Of a stretch of 64,000 nt of DNA, positions 36,498-48,661 are shown piece after piece; the first letter of the stretch is position 1; each line of letters starts with the position of its first letter. The stretch is from NCBI RefSeq assembly GCF_001194135.2, contig NC_068981.1, positions 47,436,799-47,500,798 on the forward strand, in the 5' to 3' direction. The translations under genes and the position numbers were made by a program. The notes under the pieces are model-generated. The model did not search any database. It saw nothing but the letters and a program-made list of their open reading frames with translations, and was not told where the DNA came from. The DNA is from Octopus bimaculoides. Taxonomy: Eukaryota.

Positions 36498-38640
36498 CAG
36501 ATCGCTGAAAAGCAGAAGGGATGCTGCAAGTGCTCATACGGCTGTAAAGACCAATTAATGATCAATAAAGCCATAACTGAAGACAGACACAGAAAGAAGT
36601 AAGGCCTCAGTATGGCGTGGATCGACTACTGAAAGGCTTTCGACAGTGTTTCCCACACGTGGATCCTCAAAACACTAGCCATTAACAAGGTGGCACCAAT
36701 TATTATAAAATACATAAAGCACTCTATGAATAAATGGAAGACAGTGCTACAGCTCCAAACAAAAGAGAGACTCGTGAAAACGAAATCCATCCCCATTAGA
36801 AGAGGAATATTCCAGGGAGACACGCTCTCTCTACTTCTGTTCTGCCGGGCACTCACACGTTTAACTGAATTGCTAAATAGAACTGGATGTGGATACAAAT
36901 GTTACAGCAAAACAATCAGCCACATTTTATATATGGATGACCTAAAATTATACGCTAGAAATGATAATGAGCTGGAAACACTACTGCAGACAGTACATGG
37001 ATTTACCAAGGAAATAAATATGAAATTCGGATTATAAAAATGTGCCAAAGCAACCCTTAAAAGAGGAAAACTAGTTAAGAGTAGCAACATGACACTGGAT
37101 AAAGCCAATGAAATAAGAGAATTAGACGAATGCCAGCCATACAAATATTTCGGAATCAATGAACTAGATAGGATACAACACACACAAATGAAAGAAAAAA
37201 TAAAGAAAGTACTATAGACGAGTTAGATCAATAATAAAAACAGAGCTCAATGCTAAAAACAAGATAATACGTATTAACACTTTAGCCGTCCCAGTTATAA
37301 GTTACAGCTACAATATCCTTAACTGGACACTAAAACACTATCTAAAATAGACAGGAAAGCAAGAAAAATAATGACAGGATATTAGATGCACCACCCAAAA
37401 TCTGACATAGAAAGGCTATATATACAACGCACAGAAGGTGGCAGGGGTCTTATACAGCTGGAAAACTATTATAAAATAACCACCATAGGACTGCAAAAAT
37501 ACCTACTCCAGAAGCAAGGAAAACTAATACAAATAGCCACAAAACACGAGCAAAACAAAAAACTGTTTTCAGTATTTAAGGAAATACAAACAAGAATTAT
37601 ACTACATAACAGATACGAAGAAGAAGAAGAAGAAGAAGAAGAAGAAGAAGAAGAAGAAGAAAAAGAAGAAGAAGAAGAAGAAGAAGAAGAAGAAGAAGAA
37701 ACAACAAAAGCTATAAAACAAATGAAATCCAAACTAAAACTAGAACAGCAACGGACCATGATGAAACGATGGAAAGAAAAGTCCCTACATGGTAAATACT
37801 GGGCTAAACTAAATGCAAAATAAATAGACAGAGAAAAAATCCCAGCAATAGTTGTGAAGCTCAGGATTCAAAGCAGAGACTGAAGGATTTTTAATTGATG
37901 CACAAGACCAAAGCCTCCCCACCAGAAATTACCAAAAACATATAATGAAAAGAAACATAAGTAGTAACTGCAGAATATGTGGTGATGGACAAGAAACAAT
38001 AAATCATATTATCTCTGGCTGCCAAGTGCTGGCTAAGAAGGAGTATATTCACAGACACGACAGAGCTGGGACCTATATACACTGGAAGCTATGTCAACAC
38101 TATGGAATAACAACAGAAACATATGGTTTAAACATACGCCGGAAAAGGTCTCAGAAAACGAGAAAGCAGCCATACTCTGGGATATGCCAATACACACAGA
38201 TAGAGAGATTAAGGCAAATAGACCAGATATACTTGTCAAAGATCATGAAGAAAAAAATGCTTTCTAATTGATGTATCAATACCAGCAGATGAGAACGTTT
38301 CTCTAAAAGTAATGGAGAAACTTTCAAAATACAAAATCTTGGAAATAGAAGTAACTCGAATGTGGAATCTAAAAACAGAAACAATTCATATCATAGTAGG
38401 TGCCTTAGGTATAATTAAAAAAAACTCAGTCAAATACCTAACCAAAACACCAGGACTTACAAATATATATATCATACAGAAAATTGCACTACTGGGCACT
38501 GCGCACATCCTACGCAAAACACTTTCAATACAGTAACCATAAGAGCATCACAGCAAACCACATAACATACCCAAGGCACACAGAGCTGCGCTCGGTAGTG
38601 AAGTGAAAGCACGTTATAAAATACAACTACTGAATAATAA
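36498..38640 (+). mobile_element. Largest R4/Dong-type RLE LINE copy (subfamily 1), 5'-truncated and inactivated
   Basis: Contains QKGCCKCSYGCKDQL, SMAWIDY*KAFDSVSHTW, RRGIFQGDTLS, HILYMDDLKLY, MHHPKSDIERLY..R.EGGRGL, CRICGDGQETINHIISGC...HRHD, RPDILV and QKIALLGTAHILRKTLSIQ*. Then a 3' UTR and a short AAT tail. Confidence 0.95.
37617..37700 (+). repeat. (GAA)n expansion inside the LINE ORF (E15-K-E12)
   Basis: 84 bp, in frame in ORF 37386-37823. Confidence 0.95.
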
Positions 38641-38642
38641 TA

Positions 38643-38814
38643 AAAACAATAACATTGAAAAATACCTAAGGAGTAAGATCCCAGGTTCGAAATTTCCCCA
38701 AGAATCCTGGTGAAGGCTGAATGGTATATCATCCGAAACCTTGTGTTAATAAGAAAGAAAATGAAGACAGCTATCCGTCAAATGCAAATATTGTAAATAA
38801 CGTAAATAATGTAC
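38643..38814 (+). mobile_element. Hammerhead-carrying repeat family H3
   Basis: GAAAAATACCTAAGGAG...CCCAGGTTCGAAATTTCCCCAAG...ATCCGTCAAATG...AAATAATGTAC is inverted relative to 36184-36375. Confidence 0.8.
38702..38747 (+). ncRNA. Degenerate minimal hammerhead motif (H3)
   Basis: GAATC-CTGGTGA-AGGCTG-AATGGTATAT-CATCC-GAAAC-CTT-GTGTT. Combining it with the 36272 copy restores stem II GGCTG/CAGCC. Confidence 0.5.
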
Positions 38815-40495
38815 CGAAATGTAAAGCTGAATTTTCTGATTAATTCTCCCTGTCTCTTCTTTCTATCGAAGAAATTCCAAATATTAGAAACTGTACCCCA
38901 TAATCGCTCTCTGCAGTCGAACTCACACTCTACTATAGCTTTACACACTATGTATTCGGTTGTGCACAACATTCTGAATTTTTAATATCAAATATTTCTC
39001 TTATTTGGGTGCCAATAATAATGGTTTTCAGTACCTTTCGCTCAGCATCTCCCTCATTTTCCTATTCTCCATCTGACCCTTTCAAAGCAATTCTAACCAC
39101 CGGCATCACTTTAAATATATATATTATTTTTCATTGAGAACGTATATCTCATTTTACTGTGCTTCAAATTCTTCATTTTCGATGAAAGTTACTCTTATCG
39201 TCACACCATGCTGTTACACGTGCAGAATCTGAATTTTTTTGCAATTTTCTAGATCAACATATTTCATTGCAATTCACATTTTAAAGCTATACACAGACAC
39301 CCCACTTTTGATGCTTTATTAAACTCAAATGCACAAAACCTATCAAATAATTTATATATCTGCAACACTCGGGCCATTCAAACATTCTCTTTTTGCGAAT
39401 ATATCCACCATAAAATCATGCCCCACAATACACCCTTCATTGCCCTTCAGGTCGAGGAGAGTTAGGCATACAATCCTTGCATCTATCATACAAGAAAAAA
39501 TTAATATCGCTTGACACCTTAATTGTTCATTTATTGCTGTGTCTAAATTTGTGCGGTGAATAAGGTCTACAACTTATGGAGCAACTCCCCGGTTGCCAAT
39601 ACTTAGCTCTGCATGTCAATGAATGAAAATTTTAGAAACAAAATGCACAATACCAAATATTCCATCATGCATCACAATGCTCTCAAACCAGCTTTCCTGC
39701 CAGTAAATTTACAGATGAACTTTCTAGATCTGTGCCAAATGAATTTCCTCCAACTTTGTGAATGCTTCTTTTCTTCTTCTCAACAAAAAAAAAAATATCT
39801 GTGACCAGCACACCCATAGAGAATGCCTTTATCTTCGGTGGCCCCTTTTGGATCGAGCAGAAAATTATATGCTAAACATATATTATCCAAATATATCTAA
39901 TTCATACACAACATTCTCCCGATTATGTATGCACGTATAACAAGTACAAAAATACCACCGGTTAATTCAAATAATGAAGTCCATCGACAAAACGTTTCTT
40001 TAATATTTACAAGCATTGCATCATGATACAAGCTACGGTACTCAAAAGTTCTTGGGCTTCTACCTATATGTTAATATATTACTTGTGGAAAAAGATACGT
40101 TGCCAAGAAAATATACCGTTCTGATCCGTTTATCTAAAGTTCTATTTTGCTTTAATCTAATATGTTTAATGGATAGAAGTATACAAACAAAAAAATAATA
40201 AATTCCTTCTCTGTATTTCTGTCTCTTTTCAGGGCTTCAACAGTCAACTCTATTATCTCGGTAGATTCACAACAGATGGAGACACACATTTCACTCCCAG
40301 TGAGCACAAACAAATCTTTCTACTTAATTCACTCTCATATTTTTTTATCTCTAGATTCGTAATGTGCGTAATGTGCGTGGATGGTGATTTAGTTTCTTCT
40401 GTTCGACTCTCAATCATAGGTGCAACTATGTTGTTGGTTTTGTGTCCGACATTTCTACTACAACATACAAATTTTTATTTACATTATGTACATTA

Positions 40496-40558
40496 TTCGT
40501 CGAGTGTAAATAATGTAAATAATGTTCATAATTCCTCATCTCTTAAATATAGAACTGT
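40496..40558 (+). mobile_element. H3 family 3' fragment
   Basis: TGTAAATAATGTAAATAATGTTCATAATTCCTCATCTCTTAAATATAGAACTG matches the reverse complement of 36184-36240. Confidence 0.75.
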
Positions 40559-41296
40559 ATACAAATGTTTACCGTCACATTCGAAAATGCACATTCTAAC
40601 ATAGATGATATGGATTATCATTCCTCATCCACTTTCCGTAGATACCCACAACCGTCACGCATACTCGACACCAAAGAAGATACCTGCACTATTTCACTGA
40701 ACGGGACCCACTAAAACATTGTGCAGCGGTGAATATACTAAACTTGTTTCCACATCAGAAATTCCAAGCAATGACGAAATCTAATCACATCATCAAACAA
40801 ATATAGTCAATACTTCGCTAGATATTTCCCAGTGACTCAATATTTTAGAACTCACTATCTACGAGAATATCACTTTGTGAAATGCTGCATCTCAAAGTTT
40901 AGGCGAGCTCTTCAAGAACAAGAATTGCAACGTCTTCCTACAGCTATTGATGTTGTACAAAGCCAAATGAGACGCCAAATAAGGTATTGTTTACACATCG
41001 GGAATAGTGTTTCTACTAAAATCATCGCCATCCAGGATTACGTCACCCACAGAATTATCTCAAGCTCTGAACCACAGATGTGCTGTTTCTTTCCTAGCTC
41101 ATTCTCTGGATTTTATTAAGCTGCAGTAATCAGCTTTTTGAACAAGAAATGGTTACTTGACTCTATTCTCTACTCAGGAAATACTGTAAAGCGCGTCTTT
41201 TGTTTTCACTTTAATATATCGGGATCAAATCCCAACAGACTCTTCACTAATCTATATGCCATGAACGTAAGCGTTTGAATTTTTTTTTTTATCAAA

Positions 41297-41513
41297 AGCG
41301 GCGAGCTGGCAGAAACGTTAGCACGCCGGGAAAAATTCTTAGCGGTACTTCGTCTGCTGTTACGTTCTGAGTTCAAATTCAGCCGAGGCCGACTTTGCCT
41401 TTTATCCTTTCGGGGCCGATAAATTAAGTACCAGTTGCGTACTGAGCTCAATCTATAACGACTGGCCCCCCTTCCCAAAACTTTTGGGCCTTGTGCCAAG
41501 AGTTGAAAAGAAT
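41297..41513 (+). mobile_element. tRNA-type SINE, family A, full length
   Basis: GCGGCGAGCTGGCAGAAACGTTAGC (A-box-like)...GAGTTCAAATTC (B-box-like)...GGCCTTGTGCCAAGAGTTGAAAAGAAT; five more copies in the window. Confidence 0.9.
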
Positions 41514-41849
41514 ATATTTTTTGTTCAGAACAGTTTTGCTTATGTCAACATGTAACAGTTTAAATCGAACTTTAATGGCATTTGTAAAAATGACATTGTA
41601 GAGTACTGCAAAAACACATGCACTGTTCATCTGTTTATGTGTCTACGTTCATATGTACTTGTGTCTATGCCACACATTAGATTTTAGATACTGTAACCTG
41701 ACAGGGATATTAATATAGTGAATCAAAAAGCTCTGATTCATTTAATACACATTTGATATATGTATTTATAGCATTGAGTGATCATGAAGCTTTTAAATAA
41801 ATAGATTCTTCTTTTTCGTGGAAGTTATCTGAAGGACGGAAAATGTCGA

Positions 41850-42700
41850 AAATCATGTTGTGAGCGAAAGATATGTAAATTTCTACTTGGTTCCTCTTTT
41901 ATTTGGGCGGCATTTTTGTAAATATATTTTGAGAATGACTTGGGAATGTTGTTGCCGTTGTGTTACAATGTGATTAATATATTTGAGGTTGTTATTGAAA
42001 GATTTCATATGTGTGGCCATTGTTGTTATGTGGAGCTAAATAATCTAGTGTTTTGCTCTTAGTTTTCTAATTTCTGTTGGACACAAAATTTACAACTTAT
42101 CTGCATTTCTATGGCTTAGTTTCCTTGCTATTTGCTTATTCATTGTTTAATCTAGAATTTTATTTCAACACGTGTGGAATCGGTTTTATTTTGTCTGGGG
42201 CTGTCAGTAAGTTTTAATCAGATTGACGAATGACTTTGTGTAATTGGACTTGTATTTTTATATGCTGTTCTGAAACATATACAAGTTCAACGGCTTTATA
42301 AGGATTTTCAGTAAAGCCCATTATTCAAATTGGTAATACCTTTGTGGTGAATACTTGAAAATTGAATTCGGAATTTCTTTTCGTTTTGCTGTTTTAAAGT
42401 TTTGAAATTGATCGTACTGTGATGGACGAGCTAGTGTATGTGATGATAGAAATATACAGAATATCCGAGGAATATTGAGAGTACATTTGGTGATGTTGGC
42501 TTCTGTGTGTGTGGAGAATATGAAGTATATGAAAGATTTCAAGTTGTTGCCTAAATAGGAGGAATATTTGACTTGGTGTGGTATATACGGAATATGTATT
42601 TCCAGTATTGAAGAAGTTGTTTAACAGTAGGGTGTGTTAAAGATATTGACATCATTCTTCCTCTAAGCAAATGCCAAATTGTTTAAGTTCTCAAACAAAT
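41850..42700 (-). mobile_element. Possible decayed Penelope-like RT C-terminal remnant
   Basis: A/C-rich coding-like minus strand with loose resemblance to PLE motifs (KxIP..I; II*...KFTY). Weak. Confidence 0.25.
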
Positions 42701-43062
42701 TACTGATTACTTAACATGACTGCTCTCAAATATCTGACAGCATAATCGCTTGTTATGCATCAGCATCACAAAATCTATGTTGTATTATATAACGATTAGT
42801 GAGTTGCTGTAAAATTAGAAATATATATTTATATAGTATTTTCGAAATCAATTGTACATTTCACAATACTAAATTTGCATCGCAAAATTTTCCTCATATT
42901 TCACCCAGTAGTGAAACTAAAATAATAATTTTCATTGAAGTATGCGGGTATTTAAAAAATATATCTCGAAATGACGACCGTGCCCTGTATAGAAACGGAC
43001 TGCTCTTTGGCAAAGGATAGCACTCGTTCAGCCACGCCGCACGGATACGGTGAAATAAAGGA

Positions 43063-43437
43063 ACTGCAGCATGGCGGATTACGAAAGGCAGCGGAAGAGC
43101 TCATCAGAGCCAACGGTGTGCCCTATATTGATAAAGAGCGGTGGAATCCTAGATCAACAGTCAGGTTCACCAACCTCTATCAAGAGATAATTGCAAGGGG
43201 TGAATAGAAACGGCGTCAGTATTTGTGTAATCAGCTAACGAAAGATACATTGAGGCTTAAGCTTGATAAAGGTATTGTGATCAGCTAATGAAAGACGCAC
43301 TACGACTCAAACTTGAAACAGGTTGCTGATCCTGAGCGTTGATCTTCTAAGACTCCTCCTCACATCATCAATGTATGGAGCATCGTTTGCTCTGATGACA
43401 TCTTCCGCTGCCTCTTCATAGTCTGTCATGCTGTAGT
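43063..43437. pseudogene. Inverted pair of diverged coding fragments, unknown protein family
   Basis: + 43063-43184 reads SMADYE/KAAEELIRANGVPYID...RSTVRFTNLYQ. - 43312-43437 reads SMTDYEEAAEDVIRANDAPYID...RSTLRISNLFQ. Differences are mostly synonymous or conservative. Confidence 0.65.
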
Positions 43438-44597
43438 ACAATGGCTGGGTGGCATCAGAGCAGCATGAACATGTGCATGCATCGCTACCAACATCCAAAC
43501 ACCCAAAAGTAAAAATAATTATGCTTGTAATTACTAACATAAAGTCAATATTTTGAGATAATTTCTACAGTTATAATGATATAGAGCTTTACTACGTTTA
43601 TTATTCTCAAATTTTGTGTTCGTTAATATTTCACGTTTTTTTCTTCTTGACGTCCATAATTGTTATGGAACGTAACTCTAATAATTTTGCTTGCTCTATT
43701 ATCTATCTATATATGGTACGATTTGCATTATTAGTACTTAATTACCCTTTGTTATCTGTAGCATTTGTTGTTTTATACATGCCTTCATTGCTAATACAAA
43801 TCCCTTGAGTCGCTGGCCTTCTCCCAAAATCAGCATCTTATATTTCTGCTTGCCATTCCGTTATTTAGCCAGTCTGTAACGCTTTCACGTGATAAGAGAA
43901 AAAGAGGAAGAAAGAAAAGATGGGAAGAAATAAATCAGAGAAAGAGGAAAAGAAGGGGAGAGATGTGTCAATGATGTGAGGTTGGGGAACGTAATATTTA
44001 TTATGTGGTTAAAAAAGTAACTTGAAGGCAGTGATGATATAGAAGAGGACAGTGAATAATAGAAGTTTAGCAGAAGAGCAATGTTCTGATGGTGAGGTTA
44101 AAGGCAGCGACAGAGAGAGGGGAGAGAAAGAGAGAATAGGGAGAGAACTGGGAGAGAAAGAGAGATGATGGTGGTGGTGGAGGTGGTACAGATGGAGTTT
44201 TTTTTTTAGTATCACCTATCATTTAATGCATGCACATAAGCGCAAATTCGTGAAATATTCCCGCTTTTTTACGTAGCAGATACATGCAATTTAATTAAAG
44301 GCTGTATCATATGTACGGTCTTTTTTTTTTCGTTTTCGATTATGGGAAAAATGGGAAAATAATAGTGAATATTTATTTTACGTGTGCTGTGTATCAATTC
44401 TATGAAATTGTGCATAAATATATAGTGTTTATATAAAATGCATTAAGTAATCATCGTGTTCCAATTTCATTCACTTTTCAATGAGCAGCAGGTGAGAGAC
44501 TAGCATTCCTAACACAGACACAACACAGGCTTAGCTTTCAGGATTTATGGATATACTTTTCAGAAATAACCCAATGCCTCTAGTCATTAATATCAGT

Positions 44598-44790
44598 AAG
44601 GCTGCGAGCTAGCAGATCCGTTACCATGCCGGACAAAACGCTTAGTGGCATTTCTTCCGGCTTTACTTTCTAATTACAAATATCACCAAAGTCGCTTCTC
44701 CATTGGATCCTTTGAGGGTCCATAAAATATGGAGTACTGGAGGTAATGTAATTCTAGGCCTTCAGCCTATAAGAGACAGAAATATTACCA
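44598..44790 (+). mobile_element. SINE family A (diverged)
   Basis: GGCTGCGAGCTAGCAGATCCGTTACCATGCCGGACAAAACGCTTAGTGGCATTTC. Confidence 0.7.
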
Positions 44791-44929
44791 TAAGTATTAA
44801 AATTCATGGATAAATAAAAATTTTAACGAACTGGTGTCAATTCTGCCCTCTTCCAACAGGTATTGTCTTATGCCATTTTTTCTTCTAGCTCTCGTTGTTA
44901 ATGATGTTGTTGCTGTTGTTATAGTTGTT

Positions 44930-45450
44930 GCTGTCTTTCTCGTCATCCACCTCCACCTCCTCCTCCTCCTCCTCCTTATTCTTCTTCTTCTTCTTCCAAT
45001 CCGTCTCGTGGCCCTGCCCTCCTCCTCCCACTCGTCCTCATCAATACTGTCGTCGTCGTCGCCGTCCCCTACTTCCTCCTCCTCCTCCTCCTCCACCTCC
45101 TCCTCCAAACTCATTCGTGTTACTGCCCTCTTCCTCTCCTTACGTCGTGGTCCTCGTCCACTTACTCTTTCTCCACCTCCTCCACTCCTTCTTCCCCCGC
45201 TTCCACTCCCCCTCCTCCTTCTCCTCCTCCTCCTCCTCCTCCTCCTCCTTCTTCTTCTTCTTCTTTCAANNNNNNNNNNNNNNNNNNNNNNNNNNNNNTC
45301 CACTTACTCTTCCTCCGCCTCCTCCACTCCTACCTCCCCCGCTCCGCACCTCCCGCTCCTCCTCCTCCCCTTCTTCTTCTTCTTCTTCTTCTTCTTCTTC
45401 TTCTTCTTCTTCTTCTTCTTCTTCTTCTTCTTCTTCTTCTTCTTCTTCTT
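44930..45450. repeat. (CCT)/(CTT)n polypyrimidine compound microsatellite
   Basis: About 500 bp of C/T-rich triplets including a long perfect (CTT)n at ~45370-45450; small gap inside. Confidence 0.95.
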
Positions 45451-46497
45451 TAGCACACCGGTCAAGGTCCTTACCAGTACGTTTTAAAACTCTACGTTAC
45501 GAGTTAAAAATTTACGAAGATCGAATTTGCCTTATATTCTTTTGGGCGTTGCTAAAGTAAAGGACTAGTTTTACAAGTGCAGCTCAAACAACCGCTGAAC
45601 CTACCATTACGCATAGCCCATGCAACATTTTGTGTTATGCTTCACTGCTTGCTTGGTACTCCTCTATTTGATTAGACTTCGTAAGTCGAAAAAAACGCAA
45701 GTTCATTTCTGTAGCATTCAAGGTATTGTCATGTCATAGAGATATGGATACATTTCCCTTCAGCCTACCTGGAAGGTGTCGTTTTCAACTACCTCAGTCT
45801 CATTAGATTCTTTTACCGTTATTTGAATGATTAATATTATATTCATATTGTATTCCGTTTTTCTTTTTTCTTTATATATAAAATTAATGTGTTAGATGCT
45901 AATATTCCTTTATCAATACTAATTCTATCATTCTCATAACAATCAGCATAACCCTCTTCATCTGCGACACCATCACCATTACCTCCAGTATAAAGATCTC
46001 TACATGACATTTGTTTATTTCAATTTGTTATTTACGTTTCCTCTTGTATGTGTTTCTTATTTTCCACTAATTTCATCATGTCAGTTTTTAATAATTTGTC
46101 GAAATACTACAAAACAATTTGAAATTATGGACATCTTCGTGAGAAAAATGACAAGTTGGCATTAACTTCTTTCTTAATCAAATGGATATTCGAAATTGCT
46201 TAAAAGCGTGTCACGGTTGTTTTTAATATTTATATATTAATTTAACGAACGAAAGTGTCACTTGTATGATTAAAACATTTCTCAATTAATTAAGGTTCAT
46301 AATCAATATTGCTTTGTTTTGCAGAATCAATTTCAAGAAGAGGAATATGAATTGTAACTTGGCATAATGGTAAGTTCTCAAGGAATGGTAGGTGCGATAT
46401 ATAACACATTTTAATTTCTCTAAGTATAAGAATAACACTTTTTTTTGACCTTGCAAAATCTTTTTGTTCTTTTATTTGCTTCAGTAATGTGACTGTG

Positions 46498-46695
46498 GCC
46501 ATTCTGGAGCAACACCTTTAGTCGAGCAAATCACTCCCAGGACTTATTCTTTGTAAGCCTAGTAATTATTCTATCGATATATTTTTGCAAACTGCTAAGT
46601 CATGGCGAGAGAGACAAACCAGCATCCGGTGTCAAGTGATGTTGAGGTAACAAACACATACACACATATACAAACCTATATATATATAAATATAG
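46498..46695 (-). mobile_element. SINE family B, 3' part
   Basis: CTGGAGCAACACCTTTAGTCGAGCAAATC...CAGGACTTATTCTTTGTAAGCCTAGTA is the reverse complement of 54200-54275. Confidence 0.85.
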
Positions 46696-47728
46696 GTTTG
46701 TATATGTGTGAATGTGTNNNNNNNNNNNNNNNNNNNNNNNNNNNNNNNNNNNNNNNNNNNNNNNNNNNNNNNNNNNNNNNNNNNNNNNNNNNNNNNNNNN
46801 NNNNNNNNNNNNNNNNNNNNNNNNNNNNNNNNNNNNNNNNNNNNNNNNNNNNNNNNNNNNNNNNNNNNNNNNNNNNNNNNNNNNNNNNNNNNNNNNNNNN
46901 NNNNNNNNNNNNNNNNNNNNNNNNNNNNNNNNNNNNNNNNNNNNNNNNNNNNNNNNNNNNNNNNNNNNNNNNNNNNNNNNNNNNNNNNNNNNNNNNNNNN
47001 NNNNNNNNNNNNNNNNNNNNNNNNNNNNNNNNNNNNNNNNNNNNNNNNNNNNNNNNNNNNNNNNNNNNNNNNNNNNNNNNNNNNNNNNNNNNNNNNNNNN
47101 NNNNNNNNNNNNNNNNNNNNNNNNNNNNNNNNNNNNNNNNNNNNNNNNNNNNNNNNNNNNNNNNNNNNNNNNNNNNNNNNNNNNNNNNNNNNNNNNNNNN
47201 NNNNNNNNNNNNNNNNNNNNNNNNNNNNNNNNNNNNNNNNNNNNNNNNNNNNNNNNNNNNNNNNNNNNNNNNNNNNNNNNNNNNNNNNNNNNNNNNNNNN
47301 NNNNNNNNNNNNNNNNNNNNNNNNNNNNNNNNNNNNNNNNNNNNNNNNNNNNNNNNNNNNNNNNNNNNNNNNNNNNNNNNNNNNNNNNNNNNNNNNNNNN
47401 NNNNNNNNNNNNNNNNNNNNNNNNNNNNNNNNNNNNNNNNNNNNNNNNNNNNNNNNNNNNNNNNNNNNNNNNNNNNNNNNNNNNNNNNNNNNNNNNNNNN
47501 NNNNNNNNNNNNNNNNNNNTATATACGAGTGAGTGGATAAATGAAAGAAGCACACTCACCAAATTTATTTTCCATTGCAAGTACGGATCATGGCAATTGG
47601 ATTCAAACTGGTTGGTACTCTCGAGTTTGAAGCGTTATGCCAGTCGTCAGCCTATTTGAATTTGAATGACAGAATGATTGTTATTACCGTAAGGTGTGCT
47701 TCATTTGTTCGAGGAAGTTCACATAGTG

Positions 47729-48661
47729 TCGTGGTTTGATGTTGTTAATGGGTAACGGTTTGTTGAAAATTACTGCATGGTGAACAGAAAACTGACCACG
47801 TGGAGGACATGGAAAAGACAAGGTGGCTGAAAGGAAATCGGTCAGGTTACTGGATGAGAGTATGAAGGGGCGTTATGTACAAGTAGAAACTTCTATGTGT
47901 GGGTGTGTAGACACACACAAATGCTTTTGCGTACCTGTCTGCTTTGATGCAACTTGCGCATCTGCACATGGGTGCACATGTGCACGTCTGCACACACAAT
48001 AACACACCTACGCATACACCTGCGGGAACACGGTCACCTAAGCTATGCCCTTCTGAAAAATGTCTGCCCTGTCTCAGCTGTCATCTTGGATATACCACTT
48101 TAACACCAGCTGCTATCTGCACCACCTGCACCAAGGTTACCGTTACTAACCAGTCCAGTGACCAGGCAAACCAATTACCAATCCCCAGCGTTTACCAAAC
48201 CTCGTCGAGCATCAATCCGTAACGCTTCCCAATCCCCCAACGCTTGTTTGCACGTATGTCTTTATGCAAATATACATATGTACATATATACATTTATACA
48301 AATCTACAAACTCAGTAATACGCTTTTGTTTGTGCATGTGTGCATATGCGCATTTAAGTGCGTGCATGTGCGTACGTGTTCATCCAAATGTATATGTGTG
48401 AGTGCGCAGCCGTGCGCGTGCAGGCTCATGTGCAGAAGCACACCCTCGCATCAATACATGTGCACGCAAATTTATATGAGTGCGACTACACACCCACATA
48501 TAGAACCTACACATGTCACACCTTCCTACTTCATCCGAACAACCTGACCGAATTCTTCTCCGCCATGTGGTCGTTTTCCTTTTCTGCACGTGGTCATTTT
48601 CAAGTTCACCATGCGGTATTTTCCAACTAATTGTTACCCATAAATTTACATCAAACCACGA
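47729..48661. repeat. Old ~270-bp inverted repeat pair around a ~380-bp C-rich spacer
   Basis: TCGTGGTTTGATG...ATGGGTAAC...GCATGGTGAAC...TGACCACGTG...TCGGTCAGGTT...TTCTATGTGTGGGTGTGTAG (47729-47912) matches the reverse complement of 48485-48661. Weaker similarity continues inward. Confidence 0.75.

Noticed and set aside
39500-41170. Penelope RT/GIY-YIG body between H3 copies
   Set aside because: Plausible from context, but motifs are too degraded (e.g. KSIDKTF for RYIDDIF) to call.
43085-43410. CTGATGA at ~43100(-) and ~43392(+) as hammerheads; also 17510(-), 17759(+) and 28590(-)
   Set aside because: No paired stem II followed by GAAA and NUH.
44797-45560. 168-217 aa R/E-, S/L/F- and P/S-rich ORFs
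   Set aside because: Translations of the CCT/CTT microsatellite.
45740-46050. Possible minus-strand host exon ending at CCAG|GTAGGC
   Set aside because: No convincing acceptor, the frame is short, and no protein similarity is recognisable.
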